A DNA stretch of 64,000 bases from an uncultured Candidatus Peribacteria bacterium. Lineage in GTDB: Bacteria > Patescibacteriota > Gracilibacteria > RBG-16-42-10. The notes beneath the pieces were generated by a model. It did no database searches. It was not told the DNA's origin and worked only from the letters and a program-made list of their open reading frames with translations. Below, one piece after another: positions 56,542-64,000 of the stretch. The number at the start of each line of letters is the position of its first letter. The stretch's first letter is position 1. The stretch is from positions 1 to 64,000 of the forward strand of contig CAZERA010000001.1 of the NCBI GenBank assembly GCA_964514565.1. The letters run 5' to 3'. The translations under genes were made by a program, and so were the position numbers.

Positions 56542-58911
56542 ATGAGAATCTTTGCTACTGGTATCCTAGGTATCAACGCTAGAAATCTACTGTATATTCG
56601 CCCTTTTAATAAAAAAAAGGCAACCAATTTGGCAGATCACAAACTCCAATCAAAAGTATTTTTCAAAAATCATCAAATCCCGACTGCTCCTGTATATCAA
56701 GTCATCCACAACAAAAAAGAATTAGAGAGTTTTCGCTTTGAAGATATTGCAGCTAAAAGCTTTGTAATCAAACCAAACCGGGGTTTTGGTGGCCAGGGTA
56801 TTAAAATTATTTTGCAGAAAGACACTTTGTCCGAAGACAAAAAAAAGGAACTCAAAAGCCACATTGCCAATATCTTGGACGGGAGCTTTTCCTTAACCAG
56901 CGCGCCTGATATTGCATTGATTGAGCAAAGAATTATCTGTCATCCTGAGCTTTCAGCCTTTTGCTATAAAGGACTGCCAGATATACGCGTAATCGTTCAC
57001 AATCTAATTCCGATAATGGCAATGCTGCGATTACCTACCAAGGAATCTGACGGTAAAGCAAATTATCATGCAGGTGGCGCAATTGCCGGCATAGACTTGG
57101 CTACAGGAAAGATTACCCATGCTGTCATTCATGGTAAATATGTCAAAACCTTACCGGACCAAACCGAGCCAATCATTGGCTTTACTATCCCCAACTGGGA
57201 TCAAATCCTACTAATCGCATCTCGAGCACAACTCTATTCAAACATTGGCTATTTGGCGATCGATATCGTGCTCAATAAAAAGGGTGACCCATTGGTATTA
57301 GAAATGAATGCTCGTGGTGGACTGAGTATCCAGGTAGCTAATAAAGCAAAATTACGCGAACGTCTGGATCGTATTCAGGGACTCAGAATTAAAGACCCAG
57401 CCAAAGGTGTTCGCATTGGCAAAGAGCTATTTGGTACACACAAAACTTCTGACACGCTAGAAAGTGAAATAGAAGAATTGTCTGGTAAAGAAGTGTTGGG
57501 TTCATATGAAACTGTAGAACTAATCGGCAAAAACAATCAGGTTGAACATACGCTCGCGCTAGTAGATACCAGTAAAATCTACACATCACTCGATAAGAAG
57601 TTGGCTCAAAAGCTGGGACTAATCTCTCCTCAATATGAAGAGAAGGGCAAGACGGATTTTTTTCGGATTACTTTGACCCTAGGTAAGAAAAAACGGCGAA
57701 CATTTGTGACCATCAAGGATTACAGTAAAGAAAGTTACCAAGTGGTGGTGGGTAGGAGAAATCTTCGTGATGCCTTGATCGACCCATTCAGAGGGCTACC
57801 TAGCAACTACCTACAAGTACCGAACCAGCTTTCTAATACCCTAGAACAAGAAAAAGAAGCTGATCAGCTCATAGGAGAAATTTACGATAAATTCAATTTT
57901 CTCCATTATTTAAATCCAGTAAATATCGCGGAAGAACATACTAAATGGCTAGAAAACCATGAGTATATTCCTCAGCTGGAATATCGCACATTACCAGATA
58001 GCTACAAGAGCATGCGTAGCGAATTACAAACTATTCCGGAGTTTGAAAGTGACATTGGAAAGTGCATTACCCAAAGAGCAAAAGAGATATTGAAACAAAT
58101 TAGCTTACTGGAATCAATTGGTACTGATAACTATGTCTCCCTCAGTAAAGAGCTCTTCAGACCACTGACTCTCGATGAAAAAACATTGATGGAAGAATTG
58201 GTCGCTAATCCCATTTCACTCAAAGCTAACCCTGATGAATTATTAGATGCGACGGTCATCCAGAAAGCATTTAGCCAAGCGATTGAGAATCTTCATCTGG
58301 ACCGCTGGAAAGCCAAGATCGAGAAAATCACTACCACCAACATTCGCGTAAAGAGTAACTATACCATCGGTATCCCTGAGCATAAAAAAGTAGCAGCACA
58401 TCGCATCAAACAATTGATCGCTCATGAGTTGATGGCGCATGCAATCACTCGTGAGAATGGCGAAAAACAACAATGGCATATCTTCAGCTATGGATTTCCT
58501 CGCTATATTTACAGCCAAGAGGGATTAGCAGTATGGCACGAAACCCTAGCAACGCCTGAGTATAAAGCGAATATTTTATATCGTGCAGCACGAGATGCCT
58601 TTTTAGCACAGGAAGCAGATCGACTGACTGGAAAAGAATTGATGAGTCTACTGCTGAGTATGTTTAAGCCCGCAAATGCTTGGCAGACCTATATTCGGCT
58701 GAAACGTGGTACCACCAATACCAATACGATTGGCGGCTGGGGTAGAGAATCAGTTTATTTTATTGGCTATAATCAATTGAGCCAACTAGAAAAAGTAGAT
58801 GATATTTTTTATAGCGGACGCGTCACTGTAGACGATATCGCGGTAGCAACAAAATATAATAGCATTGCTCAGATTGATCGGCCCCAATTTCCTTTTGAAT
58901 TCTCACTATGA
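56542..58911 (+). CDS. Fusion of alpha-L-glutamate-ligase-like ATP-grasp, retropepsin-like domain and DUF1704 (MATCAP-like) HExxxH peptidase
   Basis: GILGINARN, FVIKP..G.GG.GI, GLPDIRVI, AMLRLPT..S.GKAN.H.GG, LEMNAR; ALVDTS...SLD; HELMAH at 58423-58440 plus EGLA. Confidence 0.8.
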   Translation: MRIFATGILGINARNLLYIRPFNKKKATNLADHKLQSKVFFKNHQIPTAPVYQVIHNKKELESFRFEDIAAKSFVIKPNRGFGGQGIKIILQKDTLSEDKKKELKSHIANILDGSFSLTSAPDIALIEQRIICHPELSAFCYKGLPDIRVIVHNLIPIMAMLRLPTKESDGKANYHAGGAIAGIDLATGKITHAVIHGKYVKTLPDQTEPIIGFTIPNWDQILLIASRAQLYSNIGYLAIDIVLNKKGDPLVLEMNARGGLSIQVANKAKLRERLDRIQGLRIKDPAKGVRIGKELFGTHKTSDTLESEIEELSGKEVLGSYETVELIGKNNQVEHTLALVDTSKIYTSLDKKLAQKLGLISPQYEEKGKTDFFRITLTLGKKKRRTFVTIKDYSKESYQVVVGRRNLRDALIDPFRGLPSNYLQVPNQLSNTLEQEKEADQLIGEIYDKFNFLHYLNPVNIAEEHTKWLENHEYIPQLEYRTLPDSYKSMRSELQTIPEFESDIGKCITQRAKEILKQISLLESIGTDNYVSLSKELFRPLTLDEKTLMEELVANPISLKANPDELLDATVIQKAFSQAIENLHLDRWKAKIEKITTTNIRVKSNYTIGIPEHKKVAAHRIKQLIAHELMAHAITRENGEKQQWHIFSYGFPRYIYSQEGLAVWHETLATPEYKANILYRAARDAFLAQEADRLTGKELMSLLLSMFKPANAWQTYIRLKRGTTNTNTIGGWGRESVYFIGYNQLSQLEKVDDIFYSGRVTVDDIAVATKYNSIAQIDRPQFPFEFSL

Positions 58912-59552
58912 AAGCGGCTCTAGTCCTTTTCATCAGCACTCCTATTTTGGGCCAAGCTGGTATTAGTATTGAAAAAGATGCTGAGCAAGCATTGCGACTC
59001 TATACCACCTATGTCGAAGAACTACTTAGCTTATTCGCTGGCCACGCTACAATTGATGTACTTTTTAGCTGCGAAGAAAAATTCCAGTCAGCACTGATCA
59101 GTAATCACTTTGTACGTAGTAAAAACTGTTTAGTTTATAGTGGGTCACTGGGTAAAAAATTGGCAGAAATCACTCATTATTGTGGTGACTACCAAGACTA
59201 TGACTTTATTTTTATTTGTCCCAAAGAGTTTACCTTGATCACACCAGAACTACTCGAAAGCTATGTTAAGCGCCTCCAAAGAACAAAAAGAAGTATATTG
59301 ATGGTGAGTCACAATCAACAATCTTTAGATTTAATCGGCTTAAATTTCCCTTTTCAGACCATCTATCAAGATATTATTTGGCAGAAAGATGATGTAGTGG
59401 GGCAAATCAAAACCAACCTAAAACACCAATCAATCCCTTGTATTAGTGTCACAAGTGAGATAGTCTGGCGCACGAAAGCACAATATTCTGACCAAATGTC
59501 TAGCGAGTACCCTAAGACCTGTGCTATTCTAAAGGGTAACTTAAATTCATAA
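58908..59552 (+). CDS. DUF2064 / GT-A-like nucleotidyltransferase-fold protein (divergent)
   Basis: ALVLF...P, A..LY, GSLG.KL, LIGL, I.W pattern; ATGA overlap with upstream gene. Confidence 0.55.
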   Translation: MKAALVLFISTPILGQAGISIEKDAEQALRLYTTYVEELLSLFAGHATIDVLFSCEEKFQSALISNHFVRSKNCLVYSGSLGKKLAEITHYCGDYQDYDFIFICPKEFTLITPELLESYVKRLQRTKRSILMVSHNQQSLDLIGLNFPFQTIYQDIIWQKDDVVGQIKTNLKHQSIPCISVTSEIVWRTKAQYSDQMSSEYPKTCAILKGNLNS

Positions 59553-59561
59553 CCATTTTTT

Positions 59562-60470
59562 ATGCGTAATAGTCAAGTAACAAAATTAAAAGTAGGCGTC
59601 TGTGTAATTATCAAAGATGCTGACAACAAAATTCTTTTAGGAAAACGCCAAAATGTACTTGGCGAGAATACTTGGGGACTACCTGGTGGACATCAAAAAA
59701 TTGGTGAAAGCGTGATGGAATGTGCTAAGCGTGAAGTCATGGGTGAGGTGAACATCGACTTACAAGATATGGAACTAGTAGGCGTAGCCGAGATGGTGGA
59801 TACAGGACTTGATTACCAATTAGTAGAGCTGGGTTATGCTTCAGACAAATGGCAAGGAATTCTTGAGCTCAAAGAACACAAGTACTGCAGCGAATGGAAG
59901 TTCTTTGATCTCCAAGAATTACCAGCAGAACTTTTCCTTCCTCACAAACCAATCATTGATCTCTTTGTAACATCAATGCTCAATAGTGAGAAGAAAGCTT
60001 CAAGCAATCTTTACGATATCATCCATCCTCATTTCAAAATCGGCGTACAAGATTTCGTAATCAACAAAAAAGGCCAACTTTTGATGGGATTACGCAAAGA
60101 TCCTTTTGATAAAGGCAACTGGGGATTACCTGGTGGTCACTTGGATGTAGGCGAAACACTCAACGAGTGTGCTCTCCGTGAATTGATGGAAGAGACAGGT
60201 ATCGAAGCACACCATGCATTGCAATTCGCTTCAGTAGAACAACCAATCACACTTTCAAACAAACATTATCTTCACTTTGGTTTCTTGATCAAAGACTTTG
60301 CTGACAAAGATGCGGTCGAATGTGCAGCTGGAGACGAGGATGTCGAGCGTTGGGAATGGTTTGACCTCAACAACATGCCACCAAACCTGGCACCTTCACA
60401 ACGTGAAATGATCATTAAATTCTTGAAATTTAACAAGATCAGCTTCCACCAAAATTCAGAAGCAAACTAA
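59562..60470 (+). CDS. Tandem double Nudix hydrolase
   Basis: Two repeats of WGLPGGH...GE...ECA.RE; second box intact (RELMEETGI), first degenerate (REVMGEVNI). Confidence 0.88.
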   Translation: MRNSQVTKLKVGVCVIIKDADNKILLGKRQNVLGENTWGLPGGHQKIGESVMECAKREVMGEVNIDLQDMELVGVAEMVDTGLDYQLVELGYASDKWQGILELKEHKYCSEWKFFDLQELPAELFLPHKPIIDLFVTSMLNSEKKASSNLYDIIHPHFKIGVQDFVINKKGQLLMGLRKDPFDKGNWGLPGGHLDVGETLNECALRELMEETGIEAHHALQFASVEQPITLSNKHYLHFGFLIKDFADKDAVECAAGDEDVERWEWFDLNNMPPNLAPSQREMIIKFLKFNKISFHQNSEAN

Positions 60471-60477
60471 ATACAAC

Positions 60478-60516
60478 AAAAAGCCTCGCTCATCACAAAA
60501 TGACCGGGGCTTTTTT
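60478..60516. terminator. Likely bidirectional terminator
   Basis: AAAAAGCCTCG.TCAT...ATGA.CGGGGCTTTTTT between convergent genes. Confidence 0.7.
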
Positions 60517-60531
60517 AAAACCCAAAAAACT

Positions 60532-60897
60532 TTAGTCTACAACTACTTTGTCGTTTTCTTTTGCTCCTAAAACAACAATAAAACTGAGTGAATCTGACGT
60601 CACGCTTCTAACAAAATGCACTTCATTTGGTTCCACTTGAATCATTTCTTCTGGACGCATCACGATGTCTTGGCCAGCAACACTAAGGACTCCCTCTCCA
60701 GCTAAAGTAACATACACTTTTTGATGCTTCGTATGATAATGCTTCTTCTCAGCAACATATGTAGCCTTGGAAATCGTAGCCAGAGAGATACTAAACGGAG
60801 CCAATGGAACATCATCAAACTCACCAAAATAAAAAGCACCAGGAGTAGATTTAGCCTTACGAGGAAAGAGATGCATAAGAATAAGATAAAAAGACAA
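60532..60897 (-). CDS. Cupin domain protein
   Basis: HYH...KVYV.L.GEG and VEPNEVH cupin motifs; start uncertain. Confidence 0.8.
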   Translation of the reverse strand: MSFYLILMHLFPRKAKSTPGAFYFGEFDDVPLAPFSISLATISKATYVAEKKHYHTKHQKVYVTLAGEGVLSVAGQDIVMRPEEMIQVEPNEVHFVRSVTSDSLSFIVVLGAKENDKVVVD

Positions 60898-61033
60898 AAG
60901 ATCTACAATTTTATTCCTATTTCCCAGTTCCTTTTTCCTTGATCTCGCGAAATATACCTAGGTTGGAAAATTTAGGAATGAGGAGCAAGGAATGAGACGC
61001 CTCGATTAACGGCGAGATCCCGCGCATGCGGGA

Positions 61034-61109
61034 TGGTGGGCACGTCCGGACTCGAACCGGAGACCTCTACAATGTCAATGTAGCACTCTACCAACTGAGC
61101 TACGTGCCC
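61034..61109 (-). tRNA. tRNA-Val(GAC)
   Basis: GGGCACG acceptor, AGCTCAGTTGGTAGAG D-arm, CTACA-TTGACAT-TGTAG anticodon arm, GGTTCGAGTCC T-arm, encoded CCA; 76 nt. Confidence 0.97.
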
Positions 61110-61236
61110 TTACCGAAGCTTTGAAAGCAGCGCCACTATAATCAGATTTTGCAAACAGAACAAGAGATGGATTGAGCAATGGTCGCCCTTCTGCCCTCTG
61201 AGGCAATATGATACAATAAAAAGAAACAAAAACTAA

Positions 61237-63474
61237 ATGCAAAAAGAAACCCAACGCACCATAGTGAGCTGGTTCCTCAAATTCTTCCTGATCACAGCTC
61301 AAACAATCGGACATACTACTGCTTTAGCTTTTACTATTCAGTATTTTGGTATTGCTGGTGCTCCATGGTTATTTTTAGGTATCGGTCTGATGAGTTTGCT
61401 AGGTACGCTTTTACAGAGATCTTTGCCAAAAAGTGTTCGCAAAGAACATATTATTTTAGTCTATAGCGCCGTACTACTAGTTTCATTACCGTACATATTT
61501 TCTCTTCATTCAGTCGGAGCACTGGTATCTGGAATAGTCATCGCACTTGGCTTAGTGCACATGCCACTGAGCATCATGGTTAATTTTTACATTGAAGAGC
61601 TATTCTCTCCTTTGGAGGCGAAAAAGAATTTGCCAGTGATAGAGTCAGCTGAGGGTGTCAGCTTAGTCATAGGAGGTCTTGGTATGATCACAGCATTGAG
61701 TCTCGGACTTACCCCTCATGCCTTACTTTGGATTTGGTTGGGTAGCCATATTTTGCTTACTTTGATTCTGATTTTTTGGCTTCGTATCAATGCTCGATTT
61801 CCATCGCTTTACCATTTGTTACCAAAAGAAGAACACCGAGAGCAACAACGAACCAATTATAGTGGGGCCCTGAAGTTGATGATTGGTTGTTTGTTCTTGC
61901 TGCTGCCACTTACTGAGCTTTATTTCACCTCCACTTTTGTCAGTATATTTGGTGAACGAAGCGCGCGCATTATCACCGGCCTATCACTTTTCTTGGTAGT
62001 AGCAGGCATCGGTACCCTTTTCATGCAATTTTTAGTAGGACGAAAATTACTGACCAAAGCTGGCAGTATGAATACAATCCTGACCTCACCGATGCTTACA
62101 GGAATTATGACCTTGGCTAGTTTACTGCTACCAGGTCTTACTACAGCAGTGCTTGTACGACTGGTATACGAAAGTTTCTTGCCGATTTTACGACTTGGCT
62201 ATAGCACTACTTTCTACGCGCTGCCTGCGCACAGTAGATTACAAGTAAAATCCACTATCGAAGGCTACATTGTGCCAGGAGCAATTGTGATAGCTTCACT
62301 GACTGTAGTCATTTTAGAGCACATTATTCATGGACCAGACTTGTGGTTTTTACTAGGCAATTTAATTCTGCTAATTAGTATTGCTGCCATCATCGTCTTT
62401 ACCCGTTTGAAGCCTCATTACACTGATTATATTATTAGCCATATTCACCAAAGCTCTGACCGGTTCAAGGCTAATCTGATTCAGATCTTGGCAGAACCTG
62501 GCCATACAAAAGCAGTAGCGAGCCTGCATCGGCTCATCAAGGTTCCACGTGAAGCACTCCATGTAAAAAACCAGATTTTACTGACCTTGGGATCACTCCA
62601 TAATCCTGAGTCACTACCAGTAATTTTCCAATGTCTACAACACGAAGATGCTGACTTGAGATATCACGCATTACGATCTCTACAGTCATATAGCTGGCAG
62701 GATGACAAGCTAATGGACAATGGCTTTTCTCGGCACCATCTATTAGAAATTATCCGCCAAACTTTTACTCAAGAAACAGCAATCAAAAATAAAATTCTGA
62801 TGGTAGAGTTACTATCTCAGATTGACCACGAACATATTATCGACTTTTTAATTGAGGCTTTGGAGCAAGCTGATGATGAAGTGAAACCATATGTTATTCG
62901 CACCATTGGTCGCTTCTCTGATCCACACATTCATTACTATATCGAACCATACCTGGATAGCACCAATGCTTGGATTCAAGCCTATAGCATCTGCTCTCTC
63001 TGGCAATTTCCTAGCTATCGTTTAGAACTTCTAGTGAAAATTGTGCAGATGATGAATCGCAAAGACCCTCAGGGTATTCAAGCTAGTACCTATCTCTTAG
63101 GCGAAATCAGATCAGTACAAGAACAAAAAGTATTATTGGACAGACTTGATTCTACTGATCCAAGCGTTAGCTACGAAGCCGCTATTGCCTTACTCAAGAT
63201 CCATGACACAACTGGCATGCCTGTCATTATTCAAAGACTAATGGCATCACCTTCGGCTTACGAAATGCTTTGTGATCGACTCAACTATGATGAAGCTAAA
63301 ATTGCTTATATCAAAAAGATGCTGCAGAAAGCTGCCAGCAAACACATTAGCGAATTGATTGATAAAGTAGCACTCGGCGAACAGCAACACAGCTCTCGAC
63401 TAGAGGAGCTCTACACCTTGCTTGATGCCGATGAAGAGCTCTCCCATCTCGAGGAATTAAAAGCTACTTGGTAG
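61237..63474 (+). CDS. MFS-like (NTT/TLC nucleotide-transporter-like) membrane protein fused to HEAT repeats
   Basis: ~12 TM helices with F....AKK..P motif, followed by alpha-solenoid repeats ([15 protein letters not shown]). Confidence 0.65.
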   Translation: MQKETQRTIVSWFLKFFLITAQTIGHTTALAFTIQYFGIAGAPWLFLGIGLMSLLGTLLQRSLPKSVRKEHIILVYSAVLLVSLPYIFSLHSVGALVSGIVIALGLVHMPLSIMVNFYIEELFSPLEAKKNLPVIESAEGVSLVIGGLGMITALSLGLTPHALLWIWLGSHILLTLILIFWLRINARFPSLYHLLPKEEHREQQRTNYSGALKLMIGCLFLLLPLTELYFTSTFVSIFGERSARIITGLSLFLVVAGIGTLFMQFLVGRKLLTKAGSMNTILTSPMLTGIMTLASLLLPGLTTAVLVRLVYESFLPILRLGYSTTFYALPAHSRLQVKSTIEGYIVPGAIVIASLTVVILEHIIHGPDLWFLLGNLILLISIAAIIVFTRLKPHYTDYIISHIHQSSDRFKANLIQILAEPGHTKAVASLHRLIKVPREALHVKNQILLTLGSLHNPESLPVIFQCLQHEDADLRYHALRSLQSYSWQDDKLMDNGFSRHHLLEIIRQTFTQETAIKNKILMVELLSQIDHEHIIDFLIEALEQADDEVKPYVIRTIGRFSDPHIHYYIEPYLDSTNAWIQAYSICSLWQFPSYRLELLVKIVQMMNRKDPQGIQASTYLLGEIRSVQEQKVLLDRLDSTDPSVSYEAAIALLKIHDTTGMPVIIQRLMASPSAYEMLCDRLNYDEAKIAYIKKMLQKAASKHISELIDKVALGEQQHSSRLEELYTLLDADEELSHLEELKATW

Positions 63475-64000
63475 ACTTGATAATCTTATCAACCAAACCA
63501 TAATCAAGCGCCTCTTGAGCAGTCATCCAATTATCACGATCACTATCTTTGGTCACCTGTGCCAAGCTCTTGCCTGTATGTTTAGCTAAAATCTCATTTA
63601 GTTTCTTTTTGGTACGCAAGATATGATTGGCAGCGATTTCGATATCACTAGCCTGTCCTTCAGCTCCACCCAAGACTTGGTGAATCATCACTTCGCTATT
63701 TGGGAGGGCAAAACGTTTACCTTTTGAACCAGCAGCCAAAAGCACTGATCCCATTGAGGCAGCTAAGCCAATACAAACAGTAGATACAGGCGCCTTTATG
63801 TGTTGCATGGTGTCATAGATAGCGAGACCAGCAGAGACAGAACCACCAGGTGAATTGATATAGAACATAATATCCTTGGTAGAGTCTTCTTTCTCTAGAA
63901 AAAGCAACTGAGCCATAATGCTATTGGCCACTTCGTCATTGACTTGTGAACCAAGAAAAACGATGCGTTCCTTGAGCAACCGTGAATAGATATCATAACT
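63464..64000 (-). CDS. clpP: ATP-dependent Clp protease proteolytic subunit, 5'-truncated by window edge
   Basis: [40 protein letters not shown]. Confidence 0.97.
   Translation of the reverse strand, partial: SYDIYSRLLKERIVFLGSQVNDEVANSIMAQLLFLEKEDSTKDIMFYINSPGGSVSAGLAIYDTMQHIKAPVSTVCIGLAASMGSVLLAAGSKGKRFALPNSEVMIHQVLGGAEGQASDIEIAANHILRTKKKLNEILAKHTGKSLAQVTKDSDRDNWMTAQEALDYGLVDKIIKSTK

Noticed and set aside
1..64000. Alternative genetic code 25 (TGA=Gly)
   Set aside because: Genes are full length under code 11 and TGA acts as stop in conserved genes (dnaB, iscS, fur with ATGA overlap)

Overview
Chromosomal segment of a bacterium using genetic code 11. Gene content suggests a CPR/Patescibacteria lineage: SLH proteins, a CPR-type pilin domain, an EF-P with an MQQR loop and an RnfD-FNR/ApbE/FMN-binding module. 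This taxonomic call is inference only. The window is mostly housekeeping genes (truB, trhO, lysS, double-domain ddl, rarA, recQ, smpB, mutM, iscS/nifU, fba, efp, rnhA, dnaX, dnaB, murC, cfa, dus, clpP), plus a tmRNA (18368-18783) and tRNA-Val(GAC). An accessory stretch of orphan genes follows the tmRNA. Highlights: (1) an operon with a PKD-7TM membrane protein ending in DAEEE, a triple fusion of an ATP-grasp glutamate-ligase-like domain, a degenerate retropepsin and an HExxxH DUF1704/MATCAP-like carboxypeptidase, then DUF2064 and a tandem Nudix; this is a candidate writer/eraser peptide-tagging system; (2) a tandem pair of thymidylate-kinase-like genes resembling heteromeric family-3 polyphosphate kinase; (3) a dispersed ~135-bp intergenic element with heptamer-repeat inverted arms and a covarying internal palindrome; (4) a glycosidase-pilin-unknown domain fusion; (5) LysRS fused to a DUF2000/PTH2-like domain across an A8 slippery site. 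All family calls are from motif recognition, not database searches.
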